In this document: one piece after another, positions 17,629-27,891 of the stretch
How positions within the stretch are numbered: the stretch's first letter is position 1
Layout of the letters: each line of letters opens with the position of its first letter
IMG/VR virus record: IMGVR_UViG_3300027640_000010
Location: 1 to 37,374 of that record
Source of the DNA: a virus
Lineage: Duplodnaviria > Caudoviricetes
Reading direction: 5' to 3' (one strand)
DNA: 37,374 bases
Made by a program: the position numbers and the translations under genes
The notes under the pieces: model-generated
What the model was told of the DNA's origin: nothing
Seen by the model: the letters and a program-made list of their open reading frames with translations, nothing else
Databases searched by the model: none

Positions 17629-20600
17629 TTAATACTCGTCGTCTATGCTGTCAAACATGCCTAATTCAAAGCATTTAGCAACATAGGCATTAAAGCGCGG
17701 TGTTTTGCGGTAGCCCCCTGAAGTCTTAATAATCATACGCATTTTTGTAAGCAGGTTTACGACAGCCTTTGCTTCCTCCTTATCTATGGAAAGCATGGCT
17801 TCTACGTCGTTAAGGTGCAGGTATTTTTGCTGGGCGAATAGCTTAATAAATTCATAAAACTTAATGTCACCCTTCAGAGTGTCCAGGCTGCGTAAATCGT
17901 CTGTAAGCTTTTTGTAACGGTCGTCGGATAATTCTTCTTCCTTAATGGCTAACCTGGCGTAGTAGTTCAGGCCGCAGCCTGGCGCGTTATAAAGCTCTTT
18001 AAGGTAGGCCCCTATAAACTCAACATGCCCAGGCCACACGGCCACACGTTCGCCGCTTTCATCTACGCTATGGGTCAGGGCTGCCAGGGCTACCGAAAGC
18101 CGGGCTACCTTGTTGCGCTGGTCGCTGGGGCTTACTAGAGGTATGTCGTTTGCCATACCGTATACCTTGGCTAGCTCTGTCGATATTTGCAGTATTTTGT
18201 CGATACTGTCGGCGTAAAAAATTACGTCGTCAGATTTTCTACTCCACGCAAATAATATGTTATTTTTAAAGGTTTCGGCGTCAATCATGCTTGGGTAAGT
18301 CGGCAGCGCCTGGTTATATAATTCAGGGTCTACGTCGCTGGCCCGCATAAAACAAGCCATATCAAAACGCCGTATATCTTCGTTATTAAAAATGTCTTTC
18401 AGCGCTTCGCAGCCTTGGCCGTAATCAGCCAGGCGGCGGCCCTTTGGTACGTTGCCCGAAAGTATGGCCCGTACCCGGCAGGGGGTTTCTGCGCTCACGG
18501 CCCTTTTAACCTCTAGCCTGCCGTCGCTGCGGGCCAGGGTTATTTCTCCGTATTCCTCTTTCGTTATAGCGCTGTCTTCATCAACCCATATTAATTCCCC
18601 GTCTGATAACGGCCAGGCGCCCCATACGATATACCAGGCCCCCCCGCTTCCGCTTTGCTCCATTTTGTAAGTAAGCCCCGTACGGCTTGTACTCTCGGCG
18701 TTTACCCGGGTACCCAGGCCAGAAAATTTTAGCAGCTTTTCTACCAGGGCGCTTTTACCGGTGCCGGTATCCCCGGTAAGTTTAAATTCTACCCAGCCCC
18801 TTATAGGGTCGTTATCCCAGGGTACAGAAAATCTTAATACGCTATGCTGTGTAAGCAGTACCCCTAAAAGTGTTTCGTCGCGTTCTACTATGTGCGTTAC
18901 GTTGTACGTCAGGTCAGCACATACAGCGGCTAATTTTTCCTCTATGGCGCCCGGTGTATAATCCGAAGGCTGGAATACGGCCAGCTGCTCTTTTATTTCG
19001 TCGGTCAGCTGAAAGCTTTCTACAACGTCCTGCAGGGGTTTAGCGTCCTGTACGATTATGGTACTTTCCTGATTTTTCGGGTGCGGGAAAACAAAGCCGT
19101 TAATTTCGTAGTACTTGTTTTCGGATACAGGCAGCCCGCCAACCGTGTATACCCTCCGTAGGACGTAAGCCCCTTCGCGGTCTTCGTTGTCCTGCTGTAG
19201 TTCGGCCATAGGTATTACCAATAATTCCTCGACGTTGGTAGTTTCTATTACCTCCGTATCAAATTTCTGACAGGACGGAATACTGCTTAATTCCCTTAAT
19301 ATACCCTTGATATTGTCGTCGCCTACTCCACACATTTGAATAAGTTCCCGGTCAGCATGACCCAAGTTACGGTATACGGTATGGGTCGGTATGTCATACA
19401 GTGGGCAATGGTACTTTTTACAGTTTTGATGCCCCCAGCAATGGTATTCTATTTTTTTCGGTACTATATACGGGGTCTGTTTTTTGCCTGCTACCATAAT
19501 ATGGGTTTTAATCAGCTTGCCGGTGAATTCTGCGGCGCCCGTCTTCGCCAGATGCAAGGTTATAGCCTCGGTATCGTCAGCCGTGGCCTTTTTAATGCAG
19601 GGGCAGTAATCGCCGGTACATGATACCCGTTCATAGTCCTTACTTCCCGGGGTTTTTTCACCGTGTAAGCTACGTATGAAAGCGCAGCCGAAGCGGTATT
19701 CATTTTCTGCGCTGTAAACCGCGTCTACGACGCTGCGGGTATTCGCTATACGTTGCTGTTTTTGGTATTTGCTTTCCGCGCTGGTATGGGCTAAGGCCCA
19801 GGCCTCCAGGGTTTCTAATGCTTCTTCCTTCGTATGGCCCGCGTCCTTGAAGTAACAAGAAAGCTGTACGGTAGCCTGGTTACGGTCGCCGTCTTTCTTC
19901 CAGCCGCCTTCCAAAATGTCCGTTACGCAGGCGGGCGGCAGGCCCTTCCTGAATACATATTCTTCTTTATCGTAGCGGGCCGAAGCGGTGGCGGCACTTT
20001 GTTCGTATTCCTTGGCCTTGTCCGTATAAAGCCTGGCGGCGGCCTCCCGTACGGTTAGGCCCTCTTTGCGTTGCGCCGCTGTGAAAGGCCCCTCTTTACG
20101 CGGCTGGCTGGCTAATTCCTTTATTTCGTCCAGGCTAAGGGTACGTAGTTCATCTACCGATAATTCGATTTTAAAAAGCCGTGTTTTGTGGTGCGTTGAA
20201 TTCGGTAGGCGTAGCATACGATACGACGTATATACAACCAGGTCTAAGGATTTAAGGCCTAAGCGGTGTACCAGGTACCCGGCAATGTGCTTAAAAATCT
20301 TATGCAGGTCGGCCCGGGGCTGTATCCCCAGGGCCTGGCTATTAATCAATACGTGAAAGCCTTTGCTACCGCTGAAATATACCCATAGGTCGCTTGGTTT
20401 TATATCCAGTTCGCCCGTAAAAAAGTCAATCAGTTCTACCGCGTCGGCCTGGCTCCTGCTGGGGTCGGGTTCGTAATCCAGGTCGAAGTAAAGGGGAGCT
20501 ATAAAAGCTTCCCCTTTACTTTTAACGGGGTTACAAAACCGCTGTACCGTGGCGAAGCAGTTGAAATTAAAGGCGTCTTCCTGCTGATAGCGCGGTATTT

Positions 20601-20706
20601 CAGTTATTTCTATGCGTTTCCAGGGGCTATTTTTGCCCTTTACATCGCTATGATATACGTCTACAAATTTATAGTCTTCCAGCTGCGGCCCCTTTTTGCT
20701 TGCCAT
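17629..20706 (-). CDS. Archaeo-eukaryotic primase (AEP)-MCM helicase fusion
   Basis: AEP motifs 'FDLD', 'FSGSKGFH', 'RMLRLPNS'; Cys clusters; MCM AAA+ motifs 'GDTGTGKS', 'STSRTGLT', 'GAWPLSDGELIWVDE' and Arg finger 'IRRFD'. Confidence 0.88.
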   Translation of the reverse strand: MASKKGPQLEDYKFVDVYHSDVKGKNSPWKRIEITEIPRYQQEDAFNFNCFATVQRFCNPVKSKGEAFIAPLYFDLDYEPDPSRSQADAVELIDFFTGELDIKPSDLWVYFSGSKGFHVLINSQALGIQPRADLHKIFKHIAGYLVHRLGLKSLDLVVYTSYRMLRLPNSTHHKTRLFKIELSVDELRTLSLDEIKELASQPRKEGPFTAAQRKEGLTVREAAARLYTDKAKEYEQSAATASARYDKEEYVFRKGLPPACVTDILEGGWKKDGDRNQATVQLSCYFKDAGHTKEEALETLEAWALAHTSAESKYQKQQRIANTRSVVDAVYSAENEYRFGCAFIRSLHGEKTPGSKDYERVSCTGDYCPCIKKATADDTEAITLHLAKTGAAEFTGKLIKTHIMVAGKKQTPYIVPKKIEYHCWGHQNCKKYHCPLYDIPTHTVYRNLGHADRELIQMCGVGDDNIKGILRELSSIPSCQKFDTEVIETTNVEELLVIPMAELQQDNEDREGAYVLRRVYTVGGLPVSENKYYEINGFVFPHPKNQESTIIVQDAKPLQDVVESFQLTDEIKEQLAVFQPSDYTPGAIEEKLAAVCADLTYNVTHIVERDETLLGVLLTQHSVLRFSVPWDNDPIRGWVEFKLTGDTGTGKSALVEKLLKFSGLGTRVNAESTSRTGLTYKMEQSGSGGAWYIVWGAWPLSDGELIWVDEDSAITKEEYGEITLARSDGRLEVKRAVSAETPCRVRAILSGNVPKGRRLADYGQGCEALKDIFNNEDIRRFDMACFMRASDVDPELYNQALPTYPSMIDAETFKNNILFAWSRKSDDVIFYADSIDKILQISTELAKVYGMANDIPLVSPSDQRNKVARLSVALAALTHSVDESGERVAVWPGHVEFIGAYLKELYNAPGCGLNYYARLAIKEEELSDDRYKKLTDDLRSLDTLKGDIKFYEFIKLFAQQKYLHLNDVEAMLSIDKEEAKAVVNLLTKMRMIIKTSGGYRKTPRFNAYVAKCFELGMFDSIDDEY

Positions 20707-20732
20707 CCTGTAACCCCCTCGACACTACGGTA

Positions 20733-21503
20733 TTAAGCCTGATTTGGTACCTCCGTAGGTGTTTGGGGTATATCGGTTATACCATAGTCGGCGGGGTTAA
20801 ACATGCCCACGGCTTCGAAGTCTATTCCTATCCAGCTGGTATTACCCCTGCCGCTTTTCTCGCTGGTAGAAAGCCTGGTAACGATTTTATTAACGCCGGT
20901 CTTATTCGGGATACCTACGGCCTTATACTTGCCCTGGTAAACAGCATAGGCCCATTTTCCGAAGGCTATAGTACCAGTGGGGCTAAAGCTCATTAAGTAA
21001 ATTTTGGGCATATCGTCGGGCTTAATTGTCTGTACAGGTACGACATAAGCCATATACCGGAGTTCCAGACTGCTAAGGTTATAACGTTCCTGGGCCTGCG
21101 GGTTTTCCTCCAGCCATTCGGTTAAGGCTGCTTCGGCGTCTTCTTTCTCTTTCTCGGCTACGATAAGCTGGCCGTCTTCGGGGGATTTCTCCAGGCCCCA
21201 TAAGCTCCAGCGTTTTTCTCCGTAGCCTATTACTATGTCGATATTATCCCCGTAGCTTACGCAGGTTTTAGCGTCGTCTTTGCCCTCGCGCTCTACGAAA
21301 TTACCCTTCTTGTCAATTACCAGCCATTCGCCCATGTAGACAAAATCCAGGTCTAGGCCGTCATTTGCGGCTAGAAAATCCTGCTTCATGCTTTCCAGCA
21401 TGGCGGTAATGTAATTGGGCTGCTGTACTGCTACAGCCCTGGCCTGCGCGGCTACTACGTCGGTAGTTTTGTTTTCGGCGCTTTGCTCGTTTTGTTCTTT
21501 CAT
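20733..21503 (-). CDS. Putative single-stranded DNA-binding/replication accessory protein
   Basis: 256 aa, aromatic-rich core and low-complexity tail; lies between the helicase and primase genes; strong GGAGG RBS. Confidence 0.5.
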   Translation of the reverse strand: MKEQNEQSAENKTTDVVAAQARAVAVQQPNYITAMLESMKQDFLAANDGLDLDFVYMGEWLVIDKKGNFVEREGKDDAKTCVSYGDNIDIVIGYGEKRWSLWGLEKSPEDGQLIVAEKEKEDAEAALTEWLEENPQAQERYNLSSLELRYMAYVVPVQTIKPDDMPKIYLMSFSPTGTIAFGKWAYAVYQGKYKAVGIPNKTGVNKIVTRLSTSEKSGRGNTSWIGIDFEAVGMFNPADYGITDIPQTPTEVPNQA

Positions 21504-21651
21504 TAGTTAAATACCTCCGATTAATTATTTTTGGGGCTATTCAACATACAGGTAATACGCATTACCTTTGTTACCCTTACGTTGCATTTTGATGCGTTTT
21601 GCAGCATGGGGGCGTAAAAAATAAGCTGCGTTTAATCCTCCTTACCACCTC

Positions 21652-23337
21652 CTACCAGGCCATAGACCCTAAAAAGGCGTCCAGGTCGTCGGTTTTTGTC
21701 TTCGGCTTCTTGGGCAGCTTCAGTCCTAAGCGCTCGTAGACTTTGCGGCGGCTGTAATACTGGTCACGGTAAACGCCTACGTTGTAGTCTACGTAATCGT
21801 ACCAGGTAGCCTTTTTACCGGGGTTATTTGGGTCGCGCCGCATTATTCGCCCTATTTCCTGCTCTACCGCCGCGCCGTTTTTCGCGTCCCGGGCATCTCC
21901 ACGCTTCGGCATTGCCATATGGCCCACCGTTAAATGGGGCATGTCCAGGCCTTCCCGGGCCAGCTGCGTAGCAAAAAGTATATCTATTTGCCGGTCTTTA
22001 GCTGCGGCTATAATCTCCTTGCGACGCCCTTTTGATAATTGCCAGGCGTCGTATTCCTCGTCGGTGTAGTTCTCTACCTTAATTTCGTAGCCCCGGCCCC
22101 TGCTCCGGTATTCCAGGGCTTGGCCTGTTTCTACCAGGTAGGCGGCCTTTTTTTGATTCCCCGCCGCTATCCACTTGTAGCGGTTAATGGGGCCGTGTAC
22201 TACGGCCATACGGGGTAAACCTCCGTACCGTCTTTCTGCCGCTATTTTCTCCACCATATCGCGCAGCTGGTAGCAGTACCTTACGCTTTCGGTTATAACT
22301 ATTTGGTAATTACCGGGAGCCTTGTCTAATATCTTTTCAGCTATCAGCTTGGCCCGGGCTTCGTCCGCTATAAGGCGCTTCGTTAGGTCTACGTAATCCA
22401 GGTCTTCCCCGCCCGCGTCTACGCTGTCTATTTCGTTCCTGTCGCTGGCCTGTTCGTAAACAAAGTCAGTGTAAACAAATTCAACAGCAGGTTTTATTAA
22501 GTGGCCCGATTCATACAGGGCGCCCCGGTCTACCCGATAAAGCTCGGGGCCAATACCCCGAAGCATGTAAGCGTCCAGCTGGTCTTTTCGCTCCGGTGTG
22601 GCCGTCAACCCCAGCATGTAAGGTACCACGAATTTCCCTGCTACCTCTACAAAAGCAGCCGCTGGAAAGTGGTGGGCTTCGTCAATTACCACGGCGCCTA
22701 TTAACGGCTTTATGGCTTCTACCAGCTGCGGGTTTTCCCCCAGGGTTTGTACAGTAGCAATGAATAATTTGCCATTGCCCCAGGCTACTTTACCGTCCCC
22801 TAATATGCCTATTTCGCCTACGTATGGCAGTAGCGCTGCGGCTGCGTCCCGGCTTTGGTATAAAAGGTCTTGTGTATGTGTAAGCCATAAGGTGGGCTGC
22901 CGCTTTTCGCTTATTACCGCCATGCCTATAGTGGTTTTACCGCTGCCCGCTGGAGATACCAGGACGCCGCCGCTTTCACTGGCTACCGCTGCCTTTATCG
23001 CGGGTACCTGGTAGGGCCAGGGCTGTACGTCGGGGTTCCAGCCGAATTCTACCGGGGGCCGTTCTGTGCGTTGGTACGTTATCACCTTATCAGGACATAG
23101 CCCCTGCGTTTTCAGTATGCTTTTTAATTCCTCTAAGAAGCCCCGGGGCGTTATAATGTCGCCCGCCTCGCTGATATATAGCCGTATTACCTTGTCTATG
23201 CCCCAGGTCGGGCGCCGCTTTTTCTTACGGGCTACGTATTCGGGGTTATCCAGGGTCAATACCCGGGTAATAGCGGCCCGTAGCGGCGTAGACGGCCCGC
23301 GTATGCGAATGTTATTGCTTACAACTACTTGCAGCAT
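21652..23337 (-). CDS. SF2 DExH helicase (XPB/ResIII-like)
   Basis: 'PWPYQ', 'SPAGSGKT', 'DEAHH', 'GLTATPER', 'REGLDMP', 'QEIGRIMR'. Confidence 0.92.
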   Translation of the reverse strand: MLQVVVSNNIRIRGPSTPLRAAITRVLTLDNPEYVARKKKRRPTWGIDKVIRLYISEAGDIITPRGFLEELKSILKTQGLCPDKVITYQRTERPPVEFGWNPDVQPWPYQVPAIKAAVASESGGVLVSPAGSGKTTIGMAVISEKRQPTLWLTHTQDLLYQSRDAAAALLPYVGEIGILGDGKVAWGNGKLFIATVQTLGENPQLVEAIKPLIGAVVIDEAHHFPAAAFVEVAGKFVVPYMLGLTATPERKDQLDAYMLRGIGPELYRVDRGALYESGHLIKPAVEFVYTDFVYEQASDRNEIDSVDAGGEDLDYVDLTKRLIADEARAKLIAEKILDKAPGNYQIVITESVRYCYQLRDMVEKIAAERRYGGLPRMAVVHGPINRYKWIAAGNQKKAAYLVETGQALEYRSRGRGYEIKVENYTDEEYDAWQLSKGRRKEIIAAAKDRQIDILFATQLAREGLDMPHLTVGHMAMPKRGDARDAKNGAAVEQEIGRIMRRDPNNPGKKATWYDYVDYNVGVYRDQYYSRRKVYERLGLKLPKKPKTKTDDLDAFLGSMAW

Positions 23338-23906
23338 TACTTACCTTCTTCCTTGTTTTCTAAAATGTATGTGGCTTCCAGGTCTGCGGTATGCAGGGCT
23401 ACGGCCCCTTTAAACATTTTCCAGGCTTCTCCTGAAAGCTTGTAAGTTTCCTTAGCGTCATACCCGCCCATATGCCAACGTATCATTACAATTTCCAGCG
23501 GGGTAAGGTGTATAAGGGGCTGCAGAAGAATTACCGATTTATCACCGTGGCCTATGGGGAATTCTTCTTTGTGTACGTACCTGTCGTACTGCTCCCATTT
23601 ATTGAATTGGTCTTTTCGCCAGGCCTTTTCTATAGCGTAGGTATTCATTTTACAGAGGTCATGCAGCAGGGCAGTAATTATTACGGTACCGTCGGGTATA
23701 CGCAGTTCCATAGCTTTATTTTTAGCGTTCAGTACCTTGTATACATTAAGGCTATGGTCAGCCAGGCCCCCAGCATAAGCGCCGTGGTATTTCGTGCTGG
23801 CGGGTGCTGTGAAAAAGTCGCCGCTTTCCATGAAAGCTATCACCTTGTCTATACCCGGGCGCTGGGTATCTTCCAGCAGGTCTACAATGGTTTCCTTTGT
23901 ATTCAT
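23337..23906 (-). CDS. HD-domain phosphohydrolase (YhaM/Cbf1-like HD)
   Basis: 'APAS.KYH.AY.GGL.DHS', 'LLHDLCK', 'RWHMG', 'LHTAD'. Confidence 0.88.
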   Translation of the reverse strand: MNTKETIVDLLEDTQRPGIDKVIAFMESGDFFTAPASTKYHGAYAGGLADHSLNVYKVLNAKNKAMELRIPDGTVIITALLHDLCKMNTYAIEKAWRKDQFNKWEQYDRYVHKEEFPIGHGDKSVILLQPLIHLTPLEIVMIRWHMGGYDAKETYKLSGEAWKMFKGAVALHTADLEATYILENKEEGK

Positions 23907-23916
23907 GTTAACCCCC

Positions 23917-24441
23917 CTATAATAAATTACATTTTCCTACCAGTTCCTTTAAGTCGTACCCGTGGTCTTCCTCTATAAGCATTCGGGGTATTAATATTCG
24001 CTTATGAAAAGCCCGGGTACGTAACGCTTCCAGGGTTATAGACGCCCTACCGGTGTACTTCATATACTTTAAGGCTGATACAAGCCTAAAGGCGTAGGTT
24101 TCGTCTATTTCATCAGTTAGAAAGCTAACTATTACCAGGCCCAGGTTTCGCCGTATTACCTGGTCGAAGTCTACCAGGCCTTTTATCTGCGGCGCCCTTA
24201 AAAAACTGAGGTAAAAGGCGTCTTTAGATGTACGCTTTAATTCGGTTAATAGGTTAGCTTCCTGTGTTACGGTTATTTCGTCGGCGGGCCTGGTAGCGCT
24301 GTTACCGTCCGTTATTCTGGCCCGCCATACGTTAGGTACCAGGCGCCAGCTGCGCCGTATTTCCGCTTGAAAGTCGCCGCCCCTTATATTACGGTCGCGC
24401 TGTAGTTCCGTCGTACGGTCACAGGTTACGCCGAAAGCCAT
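23917..24441 (-). CDS. RecU-like Holliday junction resolvase (PD-(D/E)xK)
   Basis: 'RGGDFQAEI' ... 'PADEI' ... 'ELKRT' ... 'Q' nuclease pattern. Confidence 0.65.
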   Translation of the reverse strand: MAFGVTCDRTTELQRDRNIRGGDFQAEIRRSWRLVPNVWRARITDGNSATRPADEITVTQEANLLTELKRTSKDAFYLSFLRAPQIKGLVDFDQVIRRNLGLVIVSFLTDEIDETYAFRLVSALKYMKYTGRASITLEALRTRAFHKRILIPRMLIEEDHGYDLKELVGKCNLL

Positions 24442-24445
24442 TTTC

Positions 24446-24616
24446 CTACTCCTTTACCGCCAAAATTACTACGGGGCCTTCGCCGTTTATTCTGTCGCGG
24501 CCCGCCTCCGTAGAAATTTGGTAGTAGTCTTCTACCATAACGTCTACGCTCTTTACGTCTGCCCGGGTCTTTAACTCCGCTACCAGGTCAGCCGTAGGCA
24601 TACTTTTTAAATCCAC
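24446..24616 (-). CDS. BC1881-family small phage protein (56 aa; absent from the ORF track)
   Basis: MDLKSMPTADLVAELKTRADV...GPVVILAV; GTG start with GGGGG RBS. Confidence 0.65.
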   Translation of the reverse strand: MDLKSMPTADLVAELKTRADVKSVDVMVEDYYQISTEAGRDRINGEGPVVILAVKE

Positions 24617-24620
24617 AGTA

Positions 24621-25340
24621 CTACCCCCTATTCGCCAGGAAGGTTAAAAGGGCGGCCTGTAAGTTAGCTTTTGCCCGTATACTGTCGGCGGCTTCTTTGG
24701 CTGTATACCAGGCGTCGGTAGCTTTCTGTATACCAATGTCCAGGGCGTTAATTTCCCCGTTTACCTGGGCCAGTTCTTCCCGTTGGGCCTTAGATTCCAT
24801 GCGCCGGTATGCGTCCCTGGCCTGGTCGTTACTAAGGTAGGTTTTCGTCCCGGCGATAACTACGTACTGGTTACGCCCTTCGCCCTCTACCTTCATAAGC
24901 GCCCCGGCTTCGGTTATCTTTACATCGGTTTCCAGCTGGGTACGGCGCCTAAGCAAGTGCGGCTTTTCCTGGTATGCGGCTTCTTTAGCCCCGCCCTTCT
25001 CTACGACGGCCTGTACTGCGGCGTCTAACTGGTCAACCGTGGCCGCTATTTCGTTGGGGTTAAGTATCTGCAGGAATTCGGCAGGTATTTGACGCGGCTT
25101 AGTCAATTCTGTAGTTACCCCATTCATGCACATGAAAAACTCTCTTAAAGTATCCTCAAAAGCGCAGCCCCAGCGTTCTACCGTACGGTCGGTAACTTCC
25201 GGTATAACTATTTCCAGGGTTCCCTTGCCGCCTGTGTTACCAGTAATCTTATTTAGCAAGGCCTGTACCTTATCGCTGCCTACGGCCCTTACCAGGGTTA
25301 CAATTTCGGCTTCTACTTGGGGCATAATGTCCTTAGTCAT
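24621..25340 (-). CDS. Hypothetical coiled-coil phage protein
   Basis: 239 aa, Ala/Glu-rich helical; AGGAGG RBS. Confidence 0.7.
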   Translation of the reverse strand: MTKDIMPQVEAEIVTLVRAVGSDKVQALLNKITGNTGGKGTLEIVIPEVTDRTVERWGCAFEDTLREFFMCMNGVTTELTKPRQIPAEFLQILNPNEIAATVDQLDAAVQAVVEKGGAKEAAYQEKPHLLRRRTQLETDVKITEAGALMKVEGEGRNQYVVIAGTKTYLSNDQARDAYRRMESKAQREELAQVNGEINALDIGIQKATDAWYTAKEAADSIRAKANLQAALLTFLANRG

Positions 25341-25638
25341 TGAAATTAGCCTCCTGTCTTTCTGTTTTTTCTTTAACCAGTAGATGAATTTCTACGGGTT
25401 GGTTATTCCTGGTTACGTCTCCTATTCGTATAGTACGCTCTACGTAATCACCTTCGCGGTCTACAGCCACTATACGCAATTCCAGCGGGTGCGCTCCTAT
25501 TATAAGGGCATTGGTGCCATAGCTATTACATATAGGGTCGCTGTTATAATCAACTACATATATAGGCGTCCCTATTTCGTAAATATTCATATCAAATTGC
25601 GGCATTTGTATTATCCCCTGTACTGTTACCTTTACCAC
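25333..25638 (-). CDS. Hypothetical phage protein
   Basis: 101 aa, lower GC than neighbours. Confidence 0.6.
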   Translation of the reverse strand: MVKVTVQGIIQMPQFDMNIYEIGTPIYVVDYNSDPICNSYGTNALIIGAHPLELRIVAVDREGDYVERTIRIGDVTRNNQPVEIHLLVKEKTERQEANFND

Positions 25639-25640
25639 TA

Positions 25641-25859
25641 TTACCGCCCCTTTCTTATTCCATTTACCGCCTTTACCAGCAGGAAATACCCCGCTTTAAA
25701 GGTTTCATCAAAGGCCCGCTGTATTGTGTAGCTGCCGCAGGCCGTGCAGCGTACTTTGCTGGTCAGCGGCCCCAGCCATTGAAAACCTAATTCTTTCAGG
25801 TCTTCTGTAGCTGGGTGTACGTGGCCGCAGTTGTTACAACGCCAGCCTCGGCCCGTCAT
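25641..25859 (-). CDS. Zinc-ribbon protein
   Basis: CNNC...CTAC pair; ATGA coupling. Confidence 0.7.
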   Translation of the reverse strand: MTGRGWRCNNCGHVHPATEDLKELGFQWLGPLTSKVRCTACGSYTIQRAFDETFKAGYFLLVKAVNGIRKGR

Positions 25860-26845
25860 GCAACAGCCCGCATTTCGCCTATTTTAGCCAAGGCCAGGGC
25901 TACTACTTCGGGGTCGGCCTTCTCCTGGGCCGCTATGGTTTCTACTATGCTGTTAACGTCCAGCAGTACTTTTTCCCCGGTACCTCTTTGGATAATCGCG
26001 GCGAATTCCGTCATAGCGTAGGCCCTGGCCTTTGCTTCTTCTATCCTGCTACGGTCTAGCACTTCGGGGCCTGTCTTCGCACATTGCAGAGGTATAAGGT
26101 CTATACTAAAATCCTTTGATTCTGCGTCTTTGACATCAATTAAGGCTACCTGTATGGGCCTTTCCATTTCCGCTACGCTTGCCGCTATCCTGGTCAGGCT
26201 ACCCGGGTTACAAAATACCTTCCCGTCGGGGCGCCGGTATACTCCGTAGCCTGTATGGTCGTGGCCGGTAAGTACCAGGTCGGCGGTAGTCTGTACTTTC
26301 TGTATTAAGCTGTAACGGTCAAACGGGGGTTCATGGTCAAGTAACATACCATGGGCTACGTGGATTTTAAACGGCTCGGGTAGGTGCATTTCTACCCCGG
26401 GGCTATATCCGTAACCGTCTATGTCCATTTTCCCGCTGTACGGCGTGAAGGTTATTTGTACCGGGTTCCCTTCCTGCAGCCCAAACATTACCGGGTTTTC
26501 GGGGCTGGTAATTACGTGCAGCTGCGGTACCATTCGGGCCATAATGCTAAGGCTACCGCCCTGGTAAGTTTCCAGGTTATAGCCTCGTATATCATGGTTT
26601 CCCGGGGTCGTGTAAACCGGTACCGGGCTTTCGGCCAGCAGGTCGGCGTAGTAGGTTTTTACGCCGTCTGCCACTTCGGGCCTGTCCAGTACGTCGCCGG
26701 GCGTAATAATCGCCTTTGCTTCATGCTGTACGGCCAGGCTGTATACCTCCTGCATTTTGGCGGTTACGGCGTCCCGGTAATTATCCAGCCGGTTCCTGGG
26801 GTTCGTTCCCCGTAGGTGCGGGTCGCCTATGTACAGTAATTTCAT
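25856..26845 (-). CDS. sbcD: Mre11/SbcD-family metallophosphoesterase nuclease
   Basis: 'GDPH', 'GDVLD', 'GNHD', 'AHG', 'GHDH', 'NPGSL.R' motifs. Confidence 0.92.
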   Translation of the reverse strand: MKLLYIGDPHLRGTNPRNRLDNYRDAVTAKMQEVYSLAVQHEAKAIITPGDVLDRPEVADGVKTYYADLLAESPVPVYTTPGNHDIRGYNLETYQGGSLSIMARMVPQLHVITSPENPVMFGLQEGNPVQITFTPYSGKMDIDGYGYSPGVEMHLPEPFKIHVAHGMLLDHEPPFDRYSLIQKVQTTADLVLTGHDHTGYGVYRRPDGKVFCNPGSLTRIAASVAEMERPIQVALIDVKDAESKDFSIDLIPLQCAKTGPEVLDRSRIEEAKARAYAMTEFAAIIQRGTGEKVLLDVNSIVETIAAQEKADPEVVALALAKIGEMRAVA

Positions 26846-27621
26846 ACTGCTACTACCTCCGATTTCCCGGCCTTCTGGCTTACGCGGTAGCTTACTTCTC
26901 CGATTTCTGCCAGCGCGTCGTTATGCGTTATCAGGATAATTTGCCGGTTAAAAGTCTTACTATATTCTTTGAGGAAAAACGCCACATTCGGGGCGTATTC
27001 CTCGCTTACGTGCTTGCCCACTTCATCCAGTAAAAACGGGCCTCTAACGCCTTCCATTTCGGCTACGCCCAGGCGAAGAGCCAGGCTGATAATATCCACT
27101 ATGCCCCCGCCGTTATCGTAGTCTGGAGGCTTTAGCTGTGTTACTACGCCGTCCAGTTCCAACCAGTAATCCACTTCTGGCCGGTTACTCCGTACCTCTA
27201 TAGTCAACCAAAAGCGGTACGGCTTACCGAATACTACAGCCAGGGCCTGGGTTACTAAGTCTTCCAGCTTCTGCTTTACCTGCTGCCTGGCGTACTCGCT
27301 GGTCTTCTGCAGCAGTATTTGTACCTTATCGTAAAGGCCTATTTTGTTTTCGGCCTCCGTACGCTTTATTACGGCGTCGTTTAGCTGCTGCTGTAAAAGC
27401 TCCCTCTGGCCTACCTTTTTGTCTATCTTCTGGCGGGCCTGTTTAACATCCAGGCGGGCCTTATCCATACGGTAAGTACTGTTTGTTGGCTCCTGGGGCG
27501 CTTTTGCAGCTTCCAGCGCTACGGCCCTGGCTGCCCCGCCAGGTTCCAACGGGTTAACAGCTGCACCCGCCAGCGCCCGGGTAGACGGTCGCATATGAAA
27601 AACGTCTTTCAAGCTTCCCAT
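26842..27621 (-). CDS. Rad50/SbcC C-terminal half (signature, Walker B, H-loop)
   Basis: Short coiled coil, then 'NGGGIVDIISLALRL', 'FLLDE', 'IILITH'; no Walker A. Confidence 0.85.
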   Translation of the reverse strand: MGSLKDVFHMRPSTRALAGAAVNPLEPGGAARAVALEAAKAPQEPTNSTYRMDKARLDVKQARQKIDKKVGQRELLQQQLNDAVIKRTEAENKIGLYDKVQILLQKTSEYARQQVKQKLEDLVTQALAVVFGKPYRFWLTIEVRSNRPEVDYWLELDGVVTQLKPPDYDNGGGIVDIISLALRLGVAEMEGVRGPFLLDEVGKHVSEEYAPNVAFFLKEYSKTFNRQIILITHNDALAEIGEVSYRVSQKAGKSEVVAV

Positions 27622-27632
27622 ATCCTAACCCC

Positions 27633-27866
27633 CTATACCTGGGGTATCAACGTTTCGATTTTCTCCAAAGCTTCCAGGTTTGCGGCTTCCTCCTGTGCTA
27701 TTACCTGGTCAATGGTTTCAGGGGTTACGCTTTCAGCGGCCATTTTTTCTACCACTTCGTCGCGCTGGGCCTCGGCGCTGGCCTTCTGTGTTTCGGCTAC
27801 GGTCTTGGCCTGTTCTGCTTTTTTAAGGCCTGTTTTGGCTATCTCGATACGCTGCTTTATATCCAT
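27633..27866 (-). CDS. Small coiled-coil protein
   Basis: 77 aa, Ala/Glu/Lys heptads; GGAGG RBS. Confidence 0.75.
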   Translation of the reverse strand: MDIKQRIEIAKTGLKKAEQAKTVAETQKASAEAQRDEVVEKMAAESVTPETIDQVIAQEEAANLEALEKIETLIPQV

Positions 27867-27891
27867 AGGTTTTTACCTCCCGTAGTTTTAC

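Noticed and set aside
13472-23906. Z-genome or other base-substitution pathway (HD hydrolase, MazG-like protein, PolA)
   Set aside because: No PurZ or modifying synthase; the HD protein is YhaM-like rather than DatZ-like.
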